Part shown: positions 51,842 to 64,000 of the stretch, piece after piece
Numbering within the stretch: position 1 is the stretch's first letter
Layout: each line of letters opens with the position of its first letter
Assembly: GCA_016748015.1 (NCBI GenBank)
Contig: JAAOMT010000187.1
Location: forward strand, 108,448-172,447
Direction of reading: 5' to 3'
Length of the DNA stretch: 64,000 nucleotides
DNA from: Geosiphon pyriformis uo1
Taxonomy: Eukaryota; Fungi; Glomeromycota
Program-made: the position numbers and the translations under genes
Notes under the pieces: generated by a model
The model's database searches: none
Told to the model about the DNA's origin: nothing
What the model saw: the letters and a program-made list of their open reading frames with translations, nothing else

Positions 51842-52967
51842 CATAAAATTATCTTATAATTCCTATCATTAATTAGCATATATTATCATTTCAAATGATT
51901 ACTTATTACATTAGCAAAAATGTCCGAAATTATCATTTAATTATTAATCCAAATTGTATACAACACAAATGTAACCTAATTGCGATGATCAATCATGCAA
52001 TACCCCAAACTATGTAACATTCAGAAGTTTGCCAAAATTTGTAGAAATTCGCTGAAATAACTTATAGTTCACCGAAATTTATCTTTAGTTCAGCAAAATT
52101 GTAGGAAATAGCAAAGTTCAAGTTTATAGAATAGTGTTACAACAAGTTGTATAAAAAAAGAGCTTCTCTTTTCAAGAAAATGTATCTTATTCTAGATTTA
52201 TCACTTAGAACTATTTCTATACACAAAAGAAATAAAAATCAAATAATTTGAAAAACCAAATTCTTTAATTAGTACACTTGGAAAATTCCCAAAACCCAAC
52301 TAACGTTTTGAAATTGATTAGCTACCAATTTCAATAAACTGTTGGTAACTCTAGGCCTGGATAGAAAACGTTTCTCTTGACAAAAATTCTATTTCTTTTA
52401 TATTTCTTTTATTTTCTTTTATTTTCCTATCATAATTATTAGAGTAATCTATAGACGAGATTTCTGTAGAAGAGTTGACTTTCACAGCAAAATAACTACA
52501 CATTTTTAGTGAGCTTCCAGATGAGCAATTTCTGGGAAAGAGTTGACGTTTACTACAACGTAACTACATAAAGTTACTGGCAAGGAATTGGCCATTCCAC
52601 TTATAAGCCCAGCAGTTCAAATTATAGGAGATAATTTAAAGATAAATTCAGTTATTGGAGGTTCAACTACATCCAGAAAACGCAAATTTACAACAGACAG
52701 GCATCAACAACATTTAAGAAAAGAGACCAAAAACCTCCAGTAACACTGTATATTAGTTAAGCTAAATAATATTATATTAAATTCAAAATTTTTTTTATGT
52801 ATAATAAATAATATTTTTTATTATTTGAATTTATAATTATTTATTAATATTTATTATTTAAGTTTAATATAAAAAACTATTTTTTTTTGCCAAATAAGTT
52901 AAATAACTCTTAAATTCATAAAATTAAATAATAAATATTATAAATAATATTATATAAAAAAAAAACT

Positions 52968-55900
52968 CTTTCTTTCATTGATCCCCTGGTCACAATGAGA
53001 ACTTTGAGTTGTCACTGAAATAGCCTTCTTTTTCCCTTTCTCTTTCACCTTTCTCCAGTTATTTCTTCAGACATTCCCTCTTTTGTTGCTATGGAACCAG
53101 TGGGCTTTGCTGCTGGTGGTTCTGGGTCCATTTCGGCTGGGTTGAGGACCCAGTCTGGTGTCAAAAATAAGCGCTTGGTTGGTCCTCATTCTCATGGTGC
53201 ATCCTATAAGAAGCTGAAGAAATCTGTGGTGGTTGACGGGTTGGTGGAGTCGTCTGCTGGTGTTTTGAATGTTATGGATGAAAGTGGTGATGGATTTAAC
53301 ATTGGGCGATCGTGGGCTAGCAAAGTCAACAGCAAAGTGGACAGCGTGAATAGTGTCTCGGACTTGGATAATGTGGAAAACGTTGTTACTAAGGAAACTT
53401 GCTATGCAGAATCAGATGTTTCGGGTTTGAACGACAACATGAATGATGCCATACCAAGGAAGACGCATACTCGCACCTATGTTCTGAACAGTAAGCCACC
53501 ACCTCTTTTTTTCAATGTTCCAAGTGATGGTGAGGATACTTTGTCTCTCCTGAGTCCCAAATTTTATGGATCCAATTGCCTTCCTCTAATCGGGTCATGT
53601 GCACCAGAGAAACGGAATTTTAATTTGTCAAAATTGTTTGCATTAGATATTGAGCTATCTGCCATTCCTGGCAAAACTAATAATGATAAAATGATCAGTT
53701 TGAAAAAAAATTTTTATCACATTGATGGGTTTGGGAGAGCCTCAACTCCCTCAAAATTCCCAGGAATCATCAGATCCTCATTTACATCTGAAATTAGTTT
53801 AAATAAGGCTAAGGAATTGGCAATCAGTGAGAAAATTTTAGTCAATGATAATCTGAGAAAATCAAGTGTCCGTTCAGATTGGGAAGTAATAGTCAAGGAG
53901 ATCTCAGTGGATCTTTCCAGATTGGCGGTGGAGTCAGTTTTTTCCAAATTTGGCAAGGTTGTTTCAATCAAAATGCAGCTAATTGGTCTCTGGCAAAAGG
54001 CTCTGGTCGAATTTGAGTCATCTGAAGTAGCTAGTCTGGTTGCTTCCAAATAGTCAGTTCTCATGGGAAAGGATTTGGTGTGTGTGGCTTTGGCAATCAA
54101 TGATAAACAAACGTGGATATCGAGAAATCAGCATCAGGCTTTGCTTTATACTCTTCCAGTTGGCACCAATGTCCATAATCTCTCCTGTTTGTTGGAGTCA
54201 TATGGTGGAAAGACTTGTTACATTGGCTGTAATCCTAATTCATATGTTTGTGATAGATGTGCTGTAATTTGTTTTGGTGATGAGGCATCTAAGTTGGCTG
54301 CTATTGATACTGTTCCAGTTTTCAAAGGTGTAAGTTTGCATTGGGCTGGTCTTTTTTTGGCCAGTTGCACTCATTGTAAACAATTTGGTCATGTTATGGT
54401 CAACTGCTCCTTGGGTGAGTATTCTGGTGTTTGAGGGAAGAGGGTGGTTTCTGAGCAAGATTGGATTCGTCTAGCTGGGATATATAAGAAAAAGTCAGCT
54501 TCTATTGCTCATCCGGTCTCATTTGGTGGTAAAACATAGGCCCAAGTTGCTGGTGGCTCTCCTTTTCATGTGACTTTTTCTGATTTGATTGGTGCTGGTT
54601 TGCATTTTGGTTTGGTTTATTCTTCAATGGTGACTGACTCTCCTACCATTTCTCATTTGAATGACTGGCTGGCAATTTTGGAGCGCTCTTTGGAGCTTTT
54701 GACTGACCACGTTTCTGGCATTTTGGTTCGACTGGAATCCATTGATTTGGTTCCTGTAATGACCCCTTCTCTGAGCCTTCTTTCTGTTGTTTCTGAAACT
54801 TTGACTTCTAATGTGAATTCTGATATGATTATGAATACTGCTTTGGTCTCATCTGGTACTCCTCTATCTGTTATTTATAATGCTGTTGTTGAGTTCAGCT
54901 CTAGTAGTTCCAAAGTCCTCACTGCCAAAGTGGGTGGTTTGGAAACAAAATTGATTGCTTTGGAGGCCTTGGTTAGTTCAGTTTTGGATAAGTTAAATAT
55001 TCTGTGCTCTGGTTCAGATTTGTCAGTTCCCCTGTCTTCTCAATGACTTACTTAATTTGGAAAATTGCCACATGTAATGTCAAAGGTATGAACAATTCTG
55101 CAAAACAGGAAGATATCATTCATTGGCACAAGAATATAAACAATTTGATTTTTATTGTTACCGAGACCAAGCTAAAGGGTAAGGTCTGTCCATGGATTGC
55201 AACTAGGTTTGATGATGTTCGAGTCTTTACCTTAGATCAAGATTCTGGTAATCTGGGTTCGGGTGTTGCTATTGTTGTAAACAATTCTCTGGCTCGCCAT
55301 GTGTATAAGGTTTCTGAGGTGCCTGGTCGGCTTCTCTCGATTAAGTTGCTTTTTAAGAACAAACTTTTGGTATCAATTTTGGGGCTTTATGCTGGTGCTT
55401 CTCTGGCAGCCCATTTTTCTCAAGCTAGTGAAGTCAATTTTCTGATAGCTAGGGCTGTGAATGAGTTTTCTTTTGTTGTTTTGGGTGGTGATTTTAACGA
55501 AGATGGCTTTCACAAGTGTGCTAGTTTTAAGAAGTGTTTGGATTTGGGAATGGTTAATTCTCTGGCAGGGAATTCATTGGCAAAAAATCCTACCTGGAAA
55601 AATTCAAGGGGTGTTGTAAGAATTATTGATTATGTGTTCATTTCATCAAATTTGGTCAATGTGATAGTGAGCCGAGACATTTTGGATGTTAGTGAGTATT
55701 TTGATACTGATCATCAAGCGGTTTGTGTGTCTGTGGGTTTGGGTGGGCTTTTGAATATGCATTTGAACTCTTTTTGTAGGAGGCAAATAGAGATCGATGA
55801 AAGTTTAACATTAGGGGTGCTGATGAAAGTAAATGGGACAATTTCAGGTGTGTCACTTCGGCCAATGCAGTAATGTTCTCAGATAAGTTTGCCACCTCTG

Positions 55901-58900
55901 TAAGATTCTCAAATTTGGATGTAATGTGGGATGTCATTCGCAAGGTCATGGTGCTTTCAGCTGATGGTACTTTCAAAAAAAAATGGTTCAAGAACTTTAA
56001 TAAAGTTTTCTCCAAGGAATCCTCAAAGTTTCACAAATTGGAGCTTTTGGTTTCTAAGATCATCAAGGCATCGTGTAAGAGAGATATTGTTGGTTTTGCT
56101 TCTTTCATGGATTGTTGAGCTTCTTTGGACAGTGTTAAGGCTTTAATCGTTCGGAATCTGATGGATTCTGGTATGGACTCTGGTCATGTTCTTTCTGCTC
56201 TCTTGAGCGCTCGGAAATCATATCATGCATCTAAGCTTGTTGAGTCTCAGAATGCCAAGGAGGCTAACATTAGATCAGCCATAGATAAGAGAATAGAAAG
56301 CTTTGAGGTCAATAAAGATCATATGATAAGGAGTGTGCTGGAGTGTCCATTTCGTAAGGTGGTGCTTGACCACTTGGTTGTTGATAGTAAGCTGGTTTTG
56401 GAGCCTGATCAGATTATGAGCAAGGTGGACATGATCATGGAGGATTGGACTAGGAAGCATCAGGTGGTTAATGATATGTCAAGCAAATAGTGTTGCCAAT
56501 ATTAGCCTTTGGAGTATGTTTTTGATGAGGCTTTTTCAGAGGTGATGTGTTCGATTGGTTTTGACAAGTTGTTTGGGGTGGTTTCCATCCTTCCTGATGG
56601 CAAAGCTGTTGGTCTGTCGGATATCTCAAATGAGCTTTGGAAACATTGTGATAGGTCTGTCTTGGAGATGTTATTGGTGCTTTTGAACGCTTACTTGGCT
56701 GGTGAATCAGTGCCTGGTCTATGGAGAGAGGCCTGGATTTCAATGATTCCCAAGTCTTATGAATGGGAGGATGTTCTGACAAATACACATCCTATTGTTT
56801 TGATCGAGACAGCTCGCAAGATTCTTTCCAAGGTTTTTTCTGATAGGATTTCTGCTGCATGCAGTACTTTCAATGTTTTTTATGAGGACAATTTTTTGGT
56901 TTTGAAGGGTATGACTACTCAGTCTCCCATTTTTGTGATTGGTTCAGTAATTGAGGATGCTCTGGAAAAGAACCATAAGCTCTGGCTGGTGTTGCAGGAT
57001 ATGAAAAAGACTTATGATTCAGTTGGCTAAGAGCATCTTGAAAAAAGCCTGGTCAGGATTAAGATGTGCAGCAAGTTTATTCGGTTTTTTGGTAGTATAC
57101 ACAGGAGTCGCACCAATCGAGTAATAATGAATTTCAGTTTGACTGGTGGTTATTGTGTGTATGATGGCTTAGATCAAGGAGAAGTTTTTTTCCCCCTTCT
57201 GTAGTGCATTTTCTATGATTTTTTGTTGTGTGAAGTCAAATGTCAGGAGAGTGTGTGTGAGTATAGGCTGAATTCGTACTTTATCTCTAAAAATGGATGT
57301 GCTGAGACTCGGGCTGGACTTTTTTCATTTTTTGCCACTGGTGCTTTTGTCGATGTTACAATTTGGGTTGGTAACAGTCAAGCTGCCACTCAGCACATTC
57401 TCGATGTCACCAGTGAATTTTTTTGGGTCAATGATATCTCTGTTAACAATAACAAAACAGTGGCCATTCCTATCAATAGCAGAGTCAGCAGTCTCTTCCT
57501 TTTTATTAGTGGCTTACCCATTTCTGTTGCCAAGAAGGGGGAACCTCATTGGTATCTGGGTATTTTTTTTTCAACTGAGGGTCTTTCGAAGCCGAGCTTG
57601 GCTAAGGCACATTCAGACATTCGCTTTTTCATTAATTTGGTTCTGAGAAAAGCTATTTCAGATAAACAATTCCTATACTTGATGTTGGCGGTTCTCCAGC
57701 CCATAATCAGTTATTGAACACAATTTAGTTTTATACTGGTTGGTGTTTGTGCCAAGTGGGATGTTCTGGTCCGCAAGAGCTTGAAGCTTAAGTCTGGCCT
57801 TCCACTTGATTTTTCCAGTGATACACTGCACCACCCTTCATTTTATGGTTTGAAATCTTTCTCGCAGGTACAGTCTAAGTGTAAAGTGGCCTCTCTTGTC
57901 AGTTTTGTGAACTCTGATGGGATCTTGGGTCGCTTATTTTCTCACAGGTCTTACGACTTGCAAGTTCAGTGTTGGCATCCTGTTCATCCGTTAAATTTCC
58001 CTGTTTGAGTTAATATCAGTGCTTCCAACAACTTTTTGGCAGGCTTGATCCATATTCTTCTTAACTGCAATTTGTCTCTGGGTGAATCTTTTGTTAGTTT
58101 TTTTTGGTCTAGCAGTAGTGCACCTATGTCTACTGTTTTGGGCGAATTTAGGTTTTCCAAGTTTCTTCCTTCTTTCCGTCAGTTTGGCATTGTTTTTGTT
58201 AATCAACTTCATGATTGTTATAGTACCATCTTTGACTGGTATACCTTTAAGTAGTGGAAGAGGCTGGACCCCCATGGCCCCGTTCTGGAATAGTTCAGGC
58301 TTGCTACTGCGTTTTTCAATGATGCTTCTCTTCTTTCTGATGATCAGTTTGTCTCAGATGGTGTTGTTTATTAAGATATTCTTGGTTCTGCTGATTATGC
58401 TTCTGTTTGTGGTCGTCTTTCTCAGGTCATTTCTGGTAGCTTGTCTGTTTACATGGACAGATCTTTGAAAAGTTTGGGTACTGCTGGCTGTAGAACTGGT
58501 GCTGCTGCTTTTTTTGAGGACATTGGTTTGGGTTTGGGAGTTGGTGTATTGGGCTTGATGTCATCCACCCTTGCAGAATTGCAGGCTATTGCATTGGCCT
58601 TGGAGTGTGTCTCTTCATCCTGTTCTGTTTGCATGTTTTCTGATAGTCAGTCTGCTTTGAATGCTTGTGAGTCAGAAATGGATCTTGTGTGTTCTGACTT
58701 TTGTAATCAGTATTGGGTTGAGCATCGGCATATTACTAATGTTATTTGTAGTAAAAATTTGAGAGTTAGTTGGCACAAGATCAAAGGTCACTCTGGCATT
58801 TCTGGTAATGAGTGTGCTGATGAAATTGCTGGTGTTGTCTCTTTTTCCAGTTGGCATCTGCATCCTTGCTTGGATGAACATTTTCTGGTGGCTGATGGTG

Positions 58901-59863
58901 GTGTGGTTTCAGGCAATTCAAGACATTTTGTTCGTAATATTTGCCAATTGATTTGTCGCACATGCTGGAAAGTTGGTTCTGGTGCTAGGTTTTTGAAGGA
59001 TGATATACTTTTTGATGTTGACTGGTTCCGCTCTTCTATGGTCTGGCATCCTGACTTGCATATGGCCACTGGCTCCACTAGCAGGCCCTTGGCTAATGCT
59101 CGTACCTATTTCATAAAGGCTCTGCATCACTGGTTACCTGTTGCTGTGAGGAAGCATCTTTATAATAAATGTTACCCTAGTGTGCTGTGTTTATATTGTG
59201 GTGATGTGAAGTCTTTGGATTATGTGTTCTTTTGTAAGGTCAATGATTCTGCTCATAGTCAGATATTGGATTCTCACATGGCTTCTTGGAAGGCTCTTAC
59301 TGATTTGTCACTCTCCTCGTCGGCTGTAATGCAGCTTTTGTCATCTTGTGCTTCTGATTTCTCTGTGTTTGTGGCTCTATGCAAGAGTTTTGTGTTTAAT
59401 GATTGGTTTTGCGAGGCTGTTTCTGTGTTCCGTGATCCCAAAATTACAGGACTGGAGGTGGTTAAGTTTGTGCACTCTCTTGGTCTTGCCTTTAGGGATG
59501 ATGTTTGGATGGTTCGTGCTAAGCATCGTGCTTACATAGAGAAAGCCAAGTTAATTCTGTTGGATGGTTCAACACCTGTTTCAGTCTCTGGTCTGGTTTT
59601 GGGGTTTTCTGCTGGTGTTGTCAAGCTGTTTGGCATCACTGAGGCTGTGGGCATTCATTTTGGTTTTCATAAACCATGTTTATTTTTTTCTGGTGTAGGC
59701 AGTTTAGTTTCAGTTCGTATATCTGAGTAGTGTTGTTCTGATTGGCCCGAGTGGCTGGTCACATGTAGACAATGCATGATTCACGCCTAGTATAGATCAT
59801 TTCCTTGATGTGTAGCTCTAGGTAGTGTTTGGACCTCACTCGTAAAATGAAATAAAAAAAAAA
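52968..59863 (+). mobile_element. Full-length LINE C (ORF1 53091-55046; ORF2 55043-59730 APE-RT-RNase H-CCHC; 3' tail, polyA), least-decayed LINE in the window
   Basis: ORF1 is in one frame with a CTHCKQFGH knuckle. ORF2: IATCNVKG, GGDFN, QDMKKTYDSV, GAFVD, AELQAI...KIKGHSGISGNECAD; one frameshift near 55780; A-tail to 59863. Confidence 0.96.
59728..59845 (+). ncRNA. Conserved, putatively structured LINE 3'-tail RNA element (best-preserved copy)
   Basis: Homologous tails follow the last stop of every LINE and ORF1-only copy that retains a 3' end; complementary segments are visible by eye. Confidence 0.55.
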
Positions 59864-60278
59864 TATTATTATTAAGCATGTAATTGTTTACATAAAATCA
59901 AATTTTTTTATTTTTTTCTGAAATAATATTATCAGTTTTTATTTTGTGTTAAATAATATTAGTTTTTCAAATTTATTTTTATTTATAAATATATTAATCT
60001 ATTAATTAAATAATACTTAAAATTGTATTTTTTTTTTCTAATTATTCTAATTAAAATAGATAATATTTTTTTTGGCCTAAATTTGTAATGTAAAATTCAT
60101 ATATTTACACAATAAAATAAAATTTAAAATATTTGTTAATAAGTAATTTTTAATTTTAGACTTAAATATTTAATAATATTATTAATTCAAATTTTTATAT
60201 AGTTTTTTATTTTATTATAAATTAAAATTCTAATATTTTTGTGGTTTTTAGTTAATATATTTATTTTAATAATAATAA

Positions 60279-61745
60279 TATTAACAGAAATTTGAGATAT
60301 TATTTAACATAAAATTATCTTTATAATTTTTATTATTAATTAGTATATATTATTATTTCAAATTATTACTTAAAAAACAAATATATATCATATTATTATA
60401 AAAAGAAAAAAAAAAATTCAAAATTTTATGTCTTATATAATTTTATATAACATGTAATTTTGAATTTTTATTAACCAATTAAAATATAAAAATGTTAAAA
60501 TCTTATAACTTTAAATAATACATGATTTATTAACTAATTAAAATATAGAAATATAGTTTAATTTATGATACTTTTAGTATACTGAATTTTTTATGTTTAT
60601 TATATAACTATATTCAAATATATTACAAAATCTTTAATGTTAATTTATAGAAGTTTTATAAATATAAAACTTGTTATATTGTGATATAATTAAGAAAACT
60701 TGTATATTAGAAAAATTTAATAATAAATAAAATTAAAAATACAATATTAAAAATATAATAGATTAGGAAATAAAAAACATGAATAAAAAATATATTAGAT
60801 TAAAAAATAAAAAACATACTAGATCAGAAGATAAAAAACATATTAAATTAAACACAAATTTTTGGTTATTTTTATATAAATAAAATAATATAATAAGTTG
60901 AAATGTTTAAATTAATATATTTTTATAATAATTTTAATTATAAGTTTGATTATATTTATTATATAAATTTGATTATATTATATTATATATTTATAGTATA
61001 TATATTTATAATTATGTATTATAAATATTATATTATTATAATATAAAATAATATTATTATAGAATATTTTATTATATATTTTATTAAAAAACAAGAAAAA
61101 ATGGTTTTATAATAATTAATAATAATATAATATATGTTTATCTTCTTATTATATTATCAAATTATTTGAATTATTATTTAATTAATAATTTAATATATAA
61201 TGATTAGATTATATAATATATTAAATTACATAATATTTAAATTTTATTAAAATGTTTAATAATTTAATAAAATATTTAATAATCTACTAAAATAATTTAT
61301 AGTTTGCAAAAATAACTTGTAGTTTGATAAAATATATTTTTAATTTACTAAAAAATCAAAAAAAAAGTTAAATTATAGAATAGTATTATAACAAGTTGTA
61401 TAAAAAAACTTTTTTTTTTGAAAAAAAAATTTTTCTTAAAATTAATTTTCTATTAGATATTTTAACTTAGAAACATATTCTTACAAATTAAATTAATAAA
61501 AACTTACTTTGAAAATCTAACTATCTAATTATTACTATTTTAAAAATTAATTTTTTTATACTAATATTCTGAAATTAATTAATTATTAATTTCAGTAACT
61601 ATTAGTAACTTTTAGGTTTAAATTTAAAATAACTTTTTTGACACATTTTAACTTATTTTAATTTATTTTTTTTATTTTTTTATATTATTAAATAGTCTGC
61701 AGTTAAAATTTTCTGTAGAAAAATTAACTTTTATAGCAAAATAAA
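60279..61745 (+). repeat. Old, AT-decayed LTR relic of the same gypsy family, interrupted by ~800 bp of AT-rich sequence and truncated by LINE D
   Basis: 60279-60370 resembles the LTR start. 61300-61745 retains ATAACTTGTAGTTTG, ACAAGTTGTATAAAA, TTTCAGTAA and CTGTAGAAAAATTAACTTTTATAGCAAA. Confidence 0.65.
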
Positions 61746-64000
61746 TAGATCTGTGGCTCCTCTCTTGGCTTAATTGATTATGGCATAGATGAAAATAATG
61801 GACCCCTCCCTTTTTCTCTTAAAATCTCTTTGGAAAAAAAATGGGTTGACCCAAAAATTGTCAAATCTCAAGTTGAAGTGTCTGTCAGAAAGTTTTTTGC
61901 TCTTGATATCAATCTTAGTGCTGTGAAAAGGAAATCAGCAATGGCAAAGACTCATTTCATCAGAAAAATTTTTTTATCAGTCAATGGTTTTGGAGAGGCC
62001 ACTACTTTCTCAAAATTTGAAAGGATCATTCAATCAACATTTACTTCAAAAAAAGCATAAAAATAGCTGTTTCATTGGCCAGAGAAAAAGAGATCATCGT
62101 AAACAGTGATCTTAAGAAACAAGGATTTGTTCAGATTGGGCTATAGTAATTAAGGAAATTCTTATGAATATGCCAAAGAAAATGATTGTCATCGCACTAG
62201 TTGAGTTTGGTAAAATTAAGTTGATCAAAATTCAACTGATTGGAATGTGGCAAAAAGCTGTAATGAAGTTTGCTAAATCAGACCAAGCTAATTTGTTGGT
62301 CTCTAAGTAGTTATTCCTGATTGGTAAAGATTCTGTGTATGTAACTAAAGCAGTAGGAGATTGTGAAACTTGGGCTTTAAGGGATTGATTCAAAGCACTT
62401 TTGTTTACTTTACTAGTGGGAACAATGGCACATAATTTTAAGACTCTTTTGGAAGGGGCTGGTAAAAAAACCTGCATCATAAATAGATCTCTGAAAACTG
62501 GTAATAAAATTCACTGTGCTGTGGTTGGTTTTGAATCTGATAATAATCTGGAATCTGCCTTTTGCACAGAACCTATTTATAATGAAATAAAACTGTTTTG
62601 GGCTAGGATAGATTTGATTTATTGTGTAAAGTGTGGGTGTTTTGGATATTCAGCTTTTGAATATGATGCTTTGGAAGTACTTGTGCTGCCATTATCTAAG
62701 AAGTTATATAAAAAAATTGCTTCAGAAGAAGCTCACTTTCAGCTTGCTAAGTTGTATAAAAAAAAAGATGTTCCAATCTCTTATCCTGCTGTCTTTGGTG
62801 GCAAATCTTGGGCCCAAGTGGTCTCACTAGCTAATTCTTCTGGTGGTACTCACTTCAAGTCTGGTTCTAGTTCTTCTTCTCTTGACATCTCATATTTGAG
62901 TAGTACTCTTCCTTTTACTTCAGATAATAACTCTGGCTTGAGTGATTGTTTAGTAGTATTAAAATACTCCTTAGAGCTTTTGTTGAATCAGATTTCTGTT
63001 TTGTTGAAAAAATTGAGCTTTGTGAAGTTAATACCTTTGACTGTATCTCTTTTTGCTTCTCTTTCAGTTGCTTCTGTTTTTTTAGCTCCTGTTCTGGATT
63101 TGGATATGGTTTTAGACAATGTGTTGGTGTTATTCACTTCTTCTGTTGGTTCAGACTTGGTGGCCAATTTCAGCTCTAGTAGTTTTAAGATTCTAACCAC
63201 CAAAATGGGTAGATTGGAATCCAAAATGGTGGCTTTGAAGGCTTCTATTAATTCAGTTTTAGGAAGGTTGAATTGTCTGTGTTCTGGTTTGGGTTTGTCA
63301 ACTCTCTCTTCATTTCAATGATAAGTTTTGTTTGGAAAATTGCTATGTGCAATGCCCGAGGTATGAACAATTCTATGAAACAGGAAGACATTGTTTGTTG
63401 GCATAAGAATATGAGCAATTTGATTTCGATCATTACTGAGATTAAGTTGAAGAATAGAGTCTGTCTGTAAATTGCTGACAAGTTTAATGATGTCCGTGTT
63501 TTTACTTCTGGTTTGAATTCTGGACACTTGAGTTCCAGTGTTGCTATAATTATAGATTCTTTTTTGGCAAAACATGTGTGCAAAGTTTCTGAAGTGCCTG
63601 GTCAAATCCTATCTATTAGACTTCTTTTCAAAAATAAACTCTCTGTGTTGGTCTTAAGACTTTATGCTGATGCTTCATCTAAAGTTCGGTTTTTACAGGC
63701 TGGTAAGATCAACTTTCTTATTGCAAAGGCTGTTAATGAATCTTCTTTCATCATCTTTGGTAGTAACTTCAATAAAGATGGTTTGCAAAAATGTGCTAGT
63801 TTTAAAAAGTGTATCAGTTTGGGGCTGGTCAATTCTTTGATGGGAAGTTCATCTGTGGATTGTTCTATATAAAGTAATACAAAAAATGCAAGGAAGACAA
63901 TTGATTATATTTTAGTTTTATCAAATTTAGTCAGTGCAGTTGTAAGTTGCAATGTCTTAGATGTTGGCAATCACTTTGACACTAATTATCATGCTATTTC
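61746..64000 (+). mobile_element. LINE D, 5'-truncated in ORF1 (stop 63321), ORF2 APE from 63318, runs out of the window
   Basis: RKFFALDINLS; CVKCGCFG knuckle; WKIAMCNARGMN...SNFN...TIDY. Confidence 0.92.

Larger units (their letters stand above)
42561..52745 (+). mobile_element. Ty3/gypsy-type LTR retrotransposon copy G2 (LTRs 42561-43538 and 51810-52745), spans an assembly gap
   Basis: Paired LTRs with TGT...ACA ends; PBS 43541-43558; PPT AAAGAGGAGG ~51797-51806; same domain layout as G1. Confidence 0.95.

Noticed and set aside
59742-59756. TGGCCCGAGTGG as a tRNA gene or Pol III A-box
   Set aside because: There is no B-box (GTTCGA) or canonical tRNA arm lengths. It is better explained as a hairpin of the LINE tail.
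52940-59880. Target-site duplication for LINE C
   Set aside because: Both flanks are low-complexity A/T, so no unambiguous TSD can be called.

Overview
Eukaryotic, AT-rich fungal DNA. The intron style, the SEC31 sequence and the repeat content suggest an early-diverging, Glomeromycota-like genome (inference). There is one intact host gene, an 11-exon SEC31 (COPII outer coat; 25979-30962, +, ~1377 aa). It sits in a graveyard of C>T/G>A-decayed retroelements. (i) Three copies of an unusual Ty3/gypsy-type LTR family (1344-11300 -, 18655-21925 + partial, 42561-52745 +) plus an old LTR relic. The family has three ORFs: a GUG-initiated Gag-PR-Cys-rich-dUTPase-RT-RNaseH polyprotein, a stand-alone integrase ORF in the +1 frame, and a ~239-aa ORF3 running into the 3' LTR. 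(ii) Several APE-RT-RNaseH LINEs whose ORF1 and ORF2 are always joined by an AUGA stop-start. (iii) Three ORF1-only (HAL1-like) elements that carry the same ~125-nt, apparently structured 3' tail as the autonomous LINEs. One 20-N assembly gap has a duplicated overlap. No rRNA, tRNA or CRISPR features were found. All calls come from manual reading; no searches were run.
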